From Felis catus (lineage: Eukaryota), in NCBI RefSeq assembly GCF_018350175.1, contig NC_058368.1, positions 237,276,001-237,340,000 of the forward strand: 64,000 nt of DNA. The letters are read 5' to 3'. This document shows, piece after piece, positions 21,931 to 34,138 of the stretch; the first letter of the stretch is position 1, and every line of letters starts with the position of its first letter. Position numbers and translations under genes: made by a program. The notes under the pieces were generated by a model that saw only the letters and a list, made by a program, of their open reading frames with translations, did not search any database and had not been told where the DNA came from.

Positions 21931-23939
21931 CCAACTTTAATTGTAAAACTGACCACAGGCAGCGAGGGCCCCACTCAGGGACAGCCCCCCCCCCCCATCA
22001 TAGGACCTGACCCCACGCAGGGACGGCCCCACCTGCACAGGGATGGAACCCAGGCCCAGCGAGGGCGTCCCAGCCCCGCTGGGATCTGTGGGAAAGCTGA
22101 GTGCCGAAATAATATTATAAGCACTGCCAACGGTTATTCGGGAATGATTCGCTGCAAGAAATGCAGAGCCTGAAATATCCAGAGCTTTGGTAAAGGTCCC
22201 ACAGGGGGGGGCGCTGAAGCCTGGCGGCGGCGGGAAGCATCCTGAGCCACGGAATGCGGCTCAACAGGTTTATTCCAGAACAGGGTTGTGGATTTCACAC
22301 CAGTGCCTCGCCAACTTTGGAAGCTGCGTTTTGGAGGGCGCGGCCTACACGCCAGACAAACGGTGAGTTTGTGAGATTATACAGCGTCACTGGCCCAGAG
22401 GTGTGGGGCTGGGGTCCCCAACCTTAAGGAAGGCTTTTACTGTGAAATGTGACACCAGCCCCCTCGGCCCCCCCGGTGTCCCCACTCGCCAAACCGCTGC
22501 GGCCAGGCCAGGGCAGGGGTTCTCAGCTGGATCCGGGAGCCCGGCCAAAGCCACAGCCTCTGTGAGGGGTCAAAGGTGACGCAGCCCCACCCCTCTGGGT
22601 CCCTGCGTCTCCATCACACTGCGGCGCGCGGCCCCGCGTGGTCGGTCGTCACTCCTTCTTAATCCTCAGCGGTTGGGTGGGCGTATTTCTCGAGCGTCGC
22701 TTTGACCCTTCCGGCGGACGTGCGCTGGCCTGTGACACGACGCCACAGGGACACGGCTACCTGTCCCTTGGTCAGCAGGCAGGGGTGTGGCCCTGGGAGG
22801 AAACCCCCCCCCCCCCCGTGCACATCCCAGGGGGCTTTGAGAAGTGAACGGAAGCTCGGGGCCTCCCTGCCTCTGAGATGAACCCGGAGAGGCAGGCCTA
22901 GGGGCAGAGGGAGCGGGGGCCAGCGAAGCGGGTTCTTTCCTCCAGGGCGCGGCGGAGGCAGGTGCTGCGTAACCCAGCGGTCAAAGCGCAGGGCACCGAA
23001 GAGGCTGTGAGACACATCACGGCCCGTGGAAAAACGCCCCAGCGCCCAACTCTGGCCGAGCCCAAGGCCAGCCCCCAGGAGGCGGAAAGGGTCCCCAGCG
23101 GCCCCGTGCCGTCCGGGCACGCTGTGACGAGCCTGACGCCTTGTCCCCACGCGCCTTGTCCCGGCTGCGGCGGGGACCCGGACGCTGCCACCTGTGTGGG
23201 GAGCACGTCCCCGCAGCCTCGGCGGGGGTGGTGGGGAACAGAAACCGCGTCGCACGGCCGGTTGCAAGGACCGCTAATTGATGGATACAGGCCATGCGTA
23301 GTTTGCCTCTGAAAGGTTAAAATACACGCGCCCAAACGGGGTCGATCCGGTCTGAGCTCCGCCGTTTGCAGGTAAATCAGCGGGAAACTCTCCTGGCGTC
23401 GGGCTGGCCCCACGTGCCCAGCTGAAGGGGGTGAGGTGTCCCCGTCAGTCACACCGCGCGGGGACACTCCTCCACGCTGACAGGGGACGATTAACAGCCC
23501 AGGGACCTGGGGGCCAAGGCGAATTCAAATGCAAAATCGGGGCCTCGACTGCCTAGAAAGAAAATAAGCCAGATCCGCGTGAGTAAAATCATTCGCACGA
23601 ATCTCTGGAAGGTGAGCTCCACGCCCTTTATGGCCACTTGTCACAGACATGAGGAAGGTGTAGGTGACAGAAACGTACTTCCAGGATGAAATGACTCACT
23701 GCGTCCAGATCAGTGTGAAAATGCGTCCCAGACTTTCTCCAAATTTCACAGATCTCGTGGAAGGTCCGGAGCATTCCGACTTCTGCTAGGAGAAGTTGAG
23801 ACGTCCCGCTGTCTCCACCTGCACAGGAAAGTCATCGGAGGGGTTGGCCTGTTCCCCCCTCCAGGGGTGACTCTGTGGGAACGTCCAGCGTCCCAATGCT
23901 GGAGGCGGCAGCATGAAAACAAAACAAACAAACAAAAAA

Positions 23940-25140
23940 GACTTTTTTCCAAGCAGTTTTAGGTCCGCAGTAAAATTGAGTGGAAAGTACAGACATTTCC
24001 CGCATACCTCCTGCCCCCACAAATGCACAGCCTGCCCATGTCAACATCACCTCCCAGGGTAAAATCTTTGTGAAGACCAACGAGCCTACGATGATTTGTC
24101 CTTGTTACCCAGAGACCGTCCTTTAGTTCAGGGTCATCCTGTGGCTTGCGGCAAATGGATAAAGGCATGAACCAACCATCGTGGTCTCAGACAGCGTGTT
24201 TTCCCCGTCCCACACGCCCGCTGGGGTCCGCCCACCCTCCCTTCCCTCCCACCTAACTCCTGAGGACCGACCGTGGCTCTTTCACTATCTCTGGAGCGTT
24301 GCCTCTTCTAGAACTTCATGGAGGGGTGAACTAGGCAGGGCTCTCCAGACAAGCAGCATCAATAGGCTGTGTACACGTAGCACGAGGAGTGTTACAAGGA
24401 AATGGCTCATGAGATCACGAGGACTGAGGAGTCCTGAGATCTGCCATCAACTGCTGGAGACCCAGGAGGGCCGATGGTATAGTTGCAGCCCCAACGGCAG
24501 CAGGCCTGCCCCGGGGGGATCAGAGGTTTCAGTTTGAGTCCAGAGACCTGTAAAGGTCGAGGCGGTCAGGCAGGAGCAGCTCCCTGCACGTGGCCTTTCT
24601 GTTCTAGCCAGGCCTTCACCTGATTAGACGGGGCCCACCCACACGGAGAAGGCCATTTTGTCTTATTTCGTCCTCTGCTTCAAATGTGAAACTCATCCAA
24701 GTGAGTCCCTGTGTTATGCATGCAGCCGAGAATTTGTTGAGCCGTATGTCTGGGCGCCCCGTGCTCCAGCCAAGTTGACACGTCACCTCCACCATCAGGG
24801 TTGGAACCACACAGGACACGGACCTCACGCTGGCTTCCTCCCCTTTGCAACGTGCATTTACTTTGCCCCACGTCTTTTCATGGCCGGAAAGCTCATTCCC
24901 TTCCAGTGCGGGATAGCACCCCATGGTCTGGACGGACCCCAGTTTATGTATGCGTCACCCAGTTGCCTCCCAGTTTGGACAATTAGGAATACAGCCGCTG
25001 TAATCTCCTGTCTGCATGTCGTAAGTTGTCAAAAAACTTGGGAGTCCCAGGACCGGCTCCTGTGGTGGGAGTGTGCCGAAACCACCCAGCCGTCCTCAGC
25101 AGCGGCTTCGTCACCTTGTGTCCCCTCCAGCAGGCGGTGG
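23940..25140 (-). mobile_element. L1MC1-like 3' end, split by an MLT2 LTR
   Basis: AGCAGTTTTAGGTCCGCAGTAAAATTGAGTGGAAAGTACAGACATTTCCCGCATACCTCCTGCCCCCAC; L1 resumes at 24798 (GGTTGGAACCACACAG…). Confidence 0.8.
24327..24797 (-). mobile_element. MLT2 (B/C-like) ERVL solo LTR nested in L1MC
   Basis: …TAGGCAGGGCTCTCCAGA…AAGGAAATGGCTCATGAGAT…GGGCCCACCCACAC…CAGCCAAGTTGACACGTCACCTCCACCATCA. Confidence 0.82.
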
Positions 25141-26199
25141 AATTTCAGAAAACAACGCCTCACGGAACTGGCGGCCTCGTCCTTGGAGTCGGGGTTTGGA
25201 CTCCTTCCGGCAGCTCCTCTGCGGCTCTGTCCCTCCGCAAAGAAGAGACTGCCCTGTCCCCTCCCCAGACCCCCTCACCCCGGCCCCGGGCCTCCTCTGT
25301 GTGCCGCAGTCGTCGCTCAGGGCTCATCACAGACCCCAGGCCTCTGGGCTCCCCAGCGTCAAGGCCTGAAACCCTCACCCACACTGTGTGCAGACAGAGC
25401 CCCGTTCCCCCAGCCCGCAACGGGCACACCCACTGCCCTGTGTCCCCCTTGGCCGCCCTGAGCCCCAGCTTCCCCAAGAAGTGTCTGCCTCCCCTCGTGC
25501 TAAGGGTGGGAGGGAACCGACCGTTGGCCGGGGAGATTCCCAGAGGGAAGGGGACCTCGCGCCCCCACGTGGTCCTGTGCTGACACGGCTCTGGGGTCAA
25601 GGCCACCTCTAGAAGCACCAGCTCCCCGTGAGGAGCCGTTGGGGGCACAGAAGCCAAGGGCTGACCCAGCAGGGGCCCCTCTGGTGCCTGTGAGACAGGA
25701 CTTCCCCAGCGGAAGGAAGACCCCGTCCCCGCCAGGAGCGCCTGGGGCTTAGCCACGTGGATCACTACGTGTTTTTGCTTGAAGTGCTGATTTTCGGGTG
25801 TAGATTGATGGCATTCACAGCGGAAATGCGTCTTCCGTCTTCGAGCTCCCCTTCTGGTCTCTCGTCCACTTTGTCAGCTCCGTGGTGCGGCCAGGCACGC
25901 GCCCCACTTGTCGCGAGATACAGAACACGGGACGGCGATGAATTCCACAAAGTCCTACCGGAAAATAAAACCCAGAGCGTGGACCAGAGTCCGCGGCCTG
26001 AGGTCGTCTCCCGAGTGGGGCTCTGTCCCCTGACCACCGGCGTGGAAGTCTGGGCTTCCCAGAAAGACCCTCCCACTGCCCAGGTGTGACCGGGCTTCCC
26101 CGTCGGTGACATCCCGTGATTAAGGACCCCCACCGCCCCTCTCTCCTCCTCCCCTGTCCTCCCGGCTCCCTCTGCGTCTGGCTCTACCTAGTGCCCCAT

Positions 26200-26345
26200 C
26201 ACCAACCGCTGCAGCCAGCCCGTGCGGCAGGTGCCGTCACTGTCCCACTGTACAGCTGAGGAGGCTGAGGAACACAGGGGCTGACAGAGGGTGTCCTGCT
26301 GGAGGGACAGGCCCGGGATCTGAAGCCCGGCCATCGCTGGGGTCT
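26200..26345 (-). mobile_element. MIR (GC-shifted)
   Basis: …TGTCCCACTGTACAGCTGAGGAGGCTGAGGAACACAG…GCCCGGGATCTGAAGCCCGG. Confidence 0.6.
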
Positions 26346-27377
26346 GCCTGGAGCCACAGCGAACCTGTGCCTCATCTAGGATTAAAGCTCTCTCCGGGGA
26401 CAAGGCACGTGTCCCAGGATGCGGCCCCGGGTGTGCCCCCATCCCTTCCCCCAGCCTCACGGACGGACCCGCTAGAAGGGACACCCAGAGAGCCCAGGAG
26501 TCTCACGGGAGCACAGGGAGGGCAGCCCCGCTCAGCAGTCGTCACAGCACTCCACAGGTGGCCCGGCTGACGCGGGAGTGGCTGGCGGCCACTTAAAAAG
26601 GCACAGAGCATTGCCATGCAGCACAGGGGACAATGCTCTGTGTCCCGCATTTCCCTCCTGGAGACAGACGTGGGAATGTGCCTGCTAGAGAAACGCAAAG
26701 TCCCTTTTGTTTCCCCCAAACTGCTGTCCCAAACTCAGGCTTGTGTCATGCTTCAGGACACCCACCGGATGGCGTCCAGCCTGGGCCAGGGCAGCTCGTC
26801 ACCCCCAGCACGCGTGAGGCTGGCCCTGCCCGGGGAACAGGTGTGGGTGACATTTGGGGGGGCCTGTTTTCCAATCCCCTGCCTTACACCAGCCCTGACA
26901 GATAAGGAAGGACTCATGTCTGATGTCACTCACTCGCTGACTGCCACTTCAGGGACATTTTTCCAGGGCTGGCGCTTATCTTCCTTTGGAGCGCCATAAC
27001 GGGAGCCCCGCTCACACTTCAGAGAAGAGGCCCCGGGTGAGGTGCCAGGCGGGGTGGCAGATGGGGACGCACGTCGCTCAGTGTCACCTCCCAAGTCTGC
27101 AGTGGAAATGTCTTCGGATGCGAAGCGGGGGTGGGGGGGGGCAGAGCAGAACCCTGCTAGTACCAAACATCCGGGTGTTGGACCCAGAACCCTCCATATG
27201 TCAGCAGGACCTCCCACGGGCGACCTCCTTCTGGCAAATGCCCGTCCTGAGCAACAGGCTGCTGGGGCCTTCCCGCTCTGGTCCGGCCGTGAGCTGGGGG
27301 TAACGGGACGTCGGAGAGGCTGTGGGGTGCTTGGCCAGAGACACTGGTCCGCGGACGTTTAAACGTGTCTTTTCCAA

Positions 27378-27591
27378 GGGGCGCCTGGGTGGTTCAGTCC
27401 GTTAGGTAACCGACTTCGGCTCAGGTCAGGATCTCACGGTCCTAGAGTTCGAGCCCCGCGTCGCGCTCTGTGCTGACAGCTCGGAGCCCGGAGCCCGCTT
27501 CGGATTCTGCGTCCCGCTCTCTCTGCCCCTCCCCTGTTTACCTCTGTCTCTCCCTGTCTCTCAAAAACAAATAAATGTAAAAAAAAATTTT
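27378..27591 (+). mobile_element. Can-SINE (SINEC_Fc-type)
   Basis: Full SINE; diverged TSD TTTAAAC(G/T)TG.CTTT.C.AG. Confidence 0.95.
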
Positions 27592-29049
27592 TTTAAACTT
27601 GGCTTTCCCAGCCATTCGCCCAGCAGAGTCAAGGGACGGATCGGGCAGGATTTGAAGGCTCTGTTAAATAACCCTCAGAAATTTTCACTCGAAGGAGTCC
27701 CAGTTTGGGGGAGGCAACCTACAGTTCTGCATGCGGAACAGGACTTCGGGGCCCTTCTCTGTCGAAGAAATGCCTCTCAGCCCCACATCTTCAGCCACCC
27801 CGCGTGTGGCCCAGCCAGCTGCCCAAGTCCTTAAGACTGGTGGTCCTGGCCAGCCGTCCAGCGTCCCCCCTTGGCAGGAGGCTTGTGTCACAAGGAGGTT
27901 CTGAGCGACCTGGGCTGGGCACCTACACGGACCCTGCCCGTCTTCAAGGGTCCCAACGGCCAGGGATACACATGTCTCTGCCACACCCTCCAGAGCAAAT
28001 CTCCTCACAGAAGCTCCACTGCGTCTCCTGCACAATCGGGGACTTTGATTCGATTAAGCCAGCTTTGCCCCAAACTCCATTTGTCACGAGGACCTGAAGG
28101 CATCGAGTGGCTGCAGGAAAACACGCGTGACAAGGAGGTAGGAACGCACGCTGAGCTCCCGCTCTCCGTCCACACACAGGCTCACGGCGTCCGTAATTGT
28201 GCCCTGACTCCACGCGCAGCCGGGGGCCCACAGGGCATCTGTCAGGAGAAAGCCGGCGACTGCCCCACGCGTCCTGCGGTGACGCCCTCCAGCAGCACAA
28301 CGCGGCCCAGCCGGGTCCCTCTCTTCGACTCCCCCGTGGGCCTGTAGGCGTGCCCCCTGCGGGCACCTTCCCGGTGTCCCTGAGGACTCTTGGTCACCCA
28401 AAAGCCCACGTGTTGGGCGTCACAGAAGGTACATGTGACACCAAACACAGTGACCAAAACTCCGGCACAAGAGCCAGTCCAAACATCCACCCAAGGAGGA
28501 GGGACAGACGGGCTGGCCGTCTACACTGTGGATGCCGAGGTGGTAAAACCACAAGCAAGCTGTGCTCCACGAAGCCACGTGCCCCCCACGGACACTGTGT
28601 GTCAGGAGGGCAGCCGGACACAGGGGGGCACTGTCAGTCACCCCCTGCTTGGAGCTTTGGAACAGGCCACAGTGAGCTCCGGTGACGCAAGTCAGGGCGT
28701 GCGTACGTGACCAGGGGGTGGCGAGGTGCCCGGCTGAGCAAGGGCCCTGATTCTCTCTCCTCCTCCCCAACAGGTGTCTCCTGGGTGGCCCTTTGGCTCC
28801 CCACGAAGACGTGGCTTCTGAAGGACACATTGCCTCCCCGCACCAGTCCCTATCTACCCCCCGAACTATCTGGGGGATGGAAATAGTGAATAGGAGGCTC
28901 CAGGGAAGGTGGGTCCGACCCTGGAACGGGTGTCATGCCAGGCCCCGCCCCCCCGACCCAGGAGCTCTAGGCTGAGACACCCAGTAAGACTCAGGGGGGC
29001 AACTGGGCACGAGTCGGTAGGGATCTGTTTGCACAGCAGGTTGCTACTT

Positions 29050-30200
29050 TGTTTTCCCCTCTACTTTCCCACGGCACGTGTGGGCTCCTTACTGTCGCAG
29101 ACGGTGGGGGCCACGTCTCCGTGGTGCCCGCGTGCCATGAAGCCTGGGCCGTGCAGCTCCAGCCCCGCGAGGCCCGGCCTGCGTCCGCAGGGGTGCAGGT
29201 GGGAAGGGGCGGGAGCGAGGACCCTCTGGAGGCTCGGGGCTTCCCGGGCACGCGTGGCCGGGCCGGGAGCTCCGACCCGGCTCCGCGGCCGCCGTTTTCT
29301 CACCACTCCGCGAGACACCCAAGTCCCCGGTGAGTGTTTGCTTCGTTTGGGCTCCCTTGGGAAACCTGACTTCCTTCCTTTCTAAACTTTAGCTCTTTAA
29401 AGTGTCTCTGTAAAATCGTCCTTGTTCCTCCTTCTCTAACCCTAACTCAAGGCAAACACTGTGCTCACAGCCGTCTGAGGGTCCTCGCGGAGAAGGCGCA
29501 CGAGGGCGGCCGCTGCACCAGCTGCAACCACAAGGGCGGGGTCTTGAAGGCCATGGCCAGCCCAGGCACCATTTTCTAAAGGGAGCGACCAGACCGTCGG
29601 GGGCAGAGTCGGCCCTAACGAGCGGCTCTCAGAGTTGCATTTGCGCGTGGCGATGGCAGACAGGAGGCCGTCCCCGGACGGGGCGACTGGCACGCGTGTG
29701 GCGGGGGCTCGGGGTCTGCCTGCCCGCGGCCCCCTCGCCTGCCCGGCCCGCAGAGCCTCGGCGTTGTCCCCAGAGCGGCCAGGCCTCTGGACGCCCGGTT
29801 CTCACACCGGCCTCTGAGGTGGGACCTGACCCCGCGGGGCTTAAAGGGGCGCCCTGGGATTTCTCGAGTCCAGAAAGTCAGCCCCTCCGTGATCACTTGC
29901 TCGGAGCGGTGGCCCGGCAGCTGTCTAAATTTACAAGGTCACTCCCGGCCCCGCCTAAGCCCACCTTTTTGGGGGCCCCCGGGGTCAGGTTTCAAAAAAG
30001 CGCACATTCCTTCGCTAACCCAAAGCAGCTCTGGGGACTGGGCTCTCTCTGAGGACGGACGCTCGTCACTTGCCTGCTCCGGGAGGAGACTTCAAAGGGT
30101 GGCCGCGGGGAGCTCAGGCCGCCCTCAGAGCCGGCCGGCGTTGTCCAGGCAGCGATCGGCGGCCCCTCAGGCCGGGCCCAGCGCAGCCCTGCCCTCCGTC
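29050..30200. other. CpG-island-like GC-rich segment
   Basis: Dense CpG, including GCGGCCGC and CCGCGG sites; no recognisable coding content. Confidence 0.5.
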
Positions 30201-30559
30201 ACCTTCCGCTCGTACTTGTTAAAAGTAATTAGTGTTTGCACCCTTGTCTGGCCTTTGATTTGTGTCCAGGACGGAGACGTTGATGTGCCTCCTGATGGCT
30301 CCATAAATCACACGTTGTTAAGTTGCCTCCCATTACACTATTGTAAAGTGTCGTGAACTCCTGGCTTTAAAAGGGAAGGTGGGGGTGCTCCTAGGAACAC
30401 AGGCCCGCTTGGGGTCCGGGGGTAGATGAAACCTCCCGCGCAGACATCACCCCGTTCTGCCCGCGGGCTCTGCTTCGGTTATCAAAGAGAGGCTACAGCC
30501 GCGATCACCTCATGGGTACAAGTGTGATTCGTGGGCATGGGCGCCACAGCTCCTAGCTG

Positions 30560-30700
30560 TGGATCCCTAGGAGGGATCCTTGCCCTTAGTCCCATCGCAC
30601 AGAGGAGGAAACTGAGCCAGGAGAAGCTGGGGACTTTGCCCCCACCTCGCCTCACCGGGAACTGGGAGACACGGCCCCGGACCCCGGGGCTCTTCCCCTG
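30560..30700 (-). mobile_element. MIR
   Basis: CCCATCGCACAGAGGAGGAAACTGAGCCAGGAGAAGCTGGGGACTTTGCCC, the MIR core in reverse. Confidence 0.65.
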
Positions 30701-32765
30701 GAGTCAGCGAACCACTGCCTGCTGCCTCTCCCCAGCTCGGGGCAGGTGAGCCTTTGCTGCCAGTGGAACACCCGATAGAGCGCTCATTACAGTGCACGGC
30801 ACCCACCGCTGTCCTTGGCGTCCAGCCTGCCTCCCTCCTGGTCCCTGGGGACAGCCCACTCCCCGTGCAGTTCCCTGCCGGAACAAGCCTGGGGTCGTTC
30901 CCGGAGGCACCGGCCGATTGCGTAGAAATGCGCCAGGACTGGGCGGAAGGAGAACTCAGCCAGGGCCCTGGGGGTCCCGCCGCTTCCTCGACTTTGACCC
31001 AATGGTTGAAGATGCCGTGCCATCTTCCCAAACCTCAGAGCTGAGGTGGGGCAGATGCAGAGCACCCCGGGGTGGGTGGACCTGACCGCTTCGTCTCCTC
31101 CGACTCAGAACGATCATGTGTGCTGAAGCCAGGCCTATGGTGAGCTCTTCAACCCATTTCTGCATAAGCCAAATGGTTTAGAGTTTTGTCCACCTGGCAC
31201 GTTAAATCACTCAGTGGCTTTGCAAAGACAGACATGACAATCTACTGTGGGTTCAGACTTATCTTTGCAGCACGACCAAGTCCTGAGTATTAAATAGTTC
31301 TTCTAGTGACTTAAGATCGACTGCGCTTTGCCTCTGAGGGGTTTACTGGTATTTTGGGGGGGAATCACATGCATGAACCAGGTCAGGTCAAGAAAATAAT
31401 GTCAGTTCTTTCTGGAAATAGCATATCAAGTTAGTCACTGACACCGACGGTTAGTATTGTGGTCGTCTACGTATTTCTATAAACATTGATTGACGCATAT
31501 CGTGAGACTGGCTGGCGTGGCTGTGTGTGGGTGGCTATGCTTCTACTTCCGCCCAGGCACAACAAGGTCAGTACTCTGTGGATCCACCGAGAAATGCTTT
31601 TAGGAGGGTGCCAGGAGACGAGGAAGGAGGCCATCACAGGGCAGGAGACAGGTGTCGTGGCTAAGGACTGGGGGCAGTGTGGCTGGAGGTGGACAGATGT
31701 AGAGGTAGGCAAGCCTCATTTGCATACACAGCCCTTGCCTCATGCAAATGTTATTTGCAGATTATTTTCACAACCAGTTCCTACAGCTAGGAGGCATATT
31801 AACCTAGACGCCTTTACCTTGTCCTGTACAGCAGACGGGAGGTTTAAACTCACCGTCGCATAAATGCCAGACATTCTTTTCACACATGGAGGGAAGTGTG
31901 GGCTCTCAGAATTAAAATGTGTCTAACGAAAAAGGGTAGGAACCATATTTACATAAGCCTGCCCACGTGCATAATTAGAATCCGGGCACGATTTTGAGGG
32001 TGGTTACTAAAAACAACATCGCTAATCCGCTGCCCTTCTCGGCAGTTTCGATATGGTCTGTGTCGCCCAAGTAAGAACCGAGTGGTGGGTGAAGTCATTC
32101 TCAGTAACCCAATCCCTCTCGACGGTTTATACCAAAGTGGCTGGGTCTCTTTTCAGGGATTTACCTTCATGATATCATTCCTGAGGAGTCTGGTTTAGAT
32201 CAAACCAGGTTAAAGAGCATGATTGTCAAAGATGATGTCATTAGATCTCATTACTAATCAAGTCAGGGTCATCATGAGTACAGAAGCCGTTTGGAATTCA
32301 GTCTCTGTTTACCTTAAAACCTGCTCCAAAACTTAAAACCCCAAGTGATATATAGACGATGAGAACCGATGGAAACATTAGAGACTGCTGGCATTGTCTT
32401 TATATAACCCACTTTGCAAGGATTTACCATTTCCTCTGTATTTTATACCACCAACTTAAATGATTCAGAAGTGGCTTTTTTTTTTTTCCTGTTACTAACG
32501 TATCCAGTAATGGCTTACATTTTGCTGCATAAGATATTCTATCGAAAAGAATGTAAAACAAATTTGGAGCCGATAACGGAGAAACATGCTGTTCTTTCAC
32601 CACCGACTGGTAATTTTGAAAAGCCGGACTTCTTTGTTACACATGGGCTCTATCACAAGCAGCACGAAGTGAGATTTCCTTCGAGTGGACTCTCTCTACC
32701 TCAACGTCGGTTCCTGTTAGAAGCAAAGATCAAAAGAAAGGTTCCGGTCTTTCCAAAGAATCAGG

Positions 32766-33201
32766 TGTAGTGGGCTGAGTGATGGAGATCTCAGAGGTTT
32801 TGCTTCCGAAGCCCCAAAAGATGTGATTAAGTTAAGGATTTGGGGATGAGGGGCTTGCCCTGGGTTATCCAGTGGTGCCCTCGATGACGTCACAAGTATT
32901 TTTGGGGGGCAGAGGCAGAGGCAGACAAGACAGACACAGCAGGGAGGAAGGCCCACAGAGACGGAGCAGAGAAGGACGGGGCCACAAGCCAAGGAAGATG
33001 TGCAACCAGCCCAAGTGGGAGGAGCCAGCCCAAGTGGGAGGAGCCAGCCCAAGTGGGAGGAGCCGGGAGTGGGTCCTCCCCCAACCTCCCAAGGGACCGC
33101 ACACCTGTGCCCATAAGCTGCAGAACTGAAAGAGAATTCATGTGTGTTGTTTGAAGCTCCCCGTCTGTGGGAACTCGTGTGGCACCCCGGGAGCTAATCC
33201 A
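32766..33201 (+). mobile_element. MLT1C/D-like MaLR solo LTR
   Basis: TGTAGTGGGCTGAGT…GATGTGATTAAGTTAAGGAT…CCTGGGTTATCC…GCCACAAGCCAAGGA…CAGAACTG…TGTGTTGTTTGAAGC. Confidence 0.85.
33006..33064. repeat. Perfect 19-bp tandem triplication (CCAGCCCAAGTGGGAGGAG)x3
   Basis: Three identical units inside the MLT1 LTR. Confidence 0.95.
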
Positions 33202-33940
33202 CGCAGGTAGCTGTTAATCTACTGCTCGCGGAGGGGCTTGATGCTGGTTCTACCAGTTTCTTGGAGGTCACGACACATCATCTGTTCACTGGACACGGTT
33301 CGTTGAGCACATTCTCTTGTGTTGGAAACTATTCAGGGCTTCCATGGAGCCACCGTGATCACAACAGACGGAAGGTGCTGCCCTCAAGAGGTCCGCATCC
33401 CGGCGTGAGGGGGGCAGACACCACACAGATACGCCAGCTCTGCCCAGGGTTCCGAATCTGCCCAGGTGGAAAGGCAGCCTGCGGTCAGCGTTCCCTCTGG
33501 TCCCTTCACCTCTGTCCGTTTCAACTTAAATATAAGCAAGGCCAGGGAAGAATTTCTAACATTTGCAAAACACAACGGACCAGTGCAATTTCCATTTTCA
33601 AAACTACCAGGGGTGAAAAGGGGAAGCTGGCTTTGGAAAACCACATCGGACTAGCGTTTGCTGGAGGGTGTTTGAAGGTGCCGCAGACCCTCAGGAAACC
33701 AGCACAATAAAACCGCTCTGTGGTCAGATGGCTCTGGGAAATATCTCCTTTTATGGGACTCTCATGGAAGTTCTCAATGTACATTGCACGCTGAAGCCTC
33801 TGTGACTTCCGGCGGTAAAACCATCTGTTCAAGCGTGTTTCATCCAGAGACTCCCCAGCGTGACCAAGGACCTCATTTCATTACCACCCACAACAGCCTT
33901 TTCCACCTAGTGCTCGACAGAGTGCGCTCAGGACATGACG

Positions 33941-34138
33941 CGGGAGCTGGCGAACTAAGGCCTGTGAGCCAAACCCGGCCAGTTGCCTGCCTTGTTACAG
34001 CCTGCGATTGAAGAAGGGCTTTTACATTTTTGTGTGTTATGTCAATACCTGAATAATAGCCATGATTCTTCCTCCTGGTCCACAAAACCTAAAATATTTA
34101 CTACCTGACCATTTAAGAAAAAAGATGACCGACCCCTA
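33941..34138. mobile_element. MER58-family hAT-Charlie MITE
   Basis: GGCGAACTAAGGCCTGTGAGCCAAACCCGGCC…CCACAAAACCTAAAATATTTACTACCTGACCATTTAAGAAAAAAGATGACCGACCCCT, with degenerate terminal inverted repeats. Confidence 0.8.

Noticed and set aside
29436..29446. CTAACCCTAAC as an interstitial telomeric repeat
   Set aside because: Fewer than two full TTAGGG units, which is compatible with chance.
32140..32260. Acceptor-like TCTCTTTTCAG followed by a short open frame (IYLHDIIPEESGLDQTR…)
   Set aside because: No good donor before the stop codon and no recognised protein similarity.
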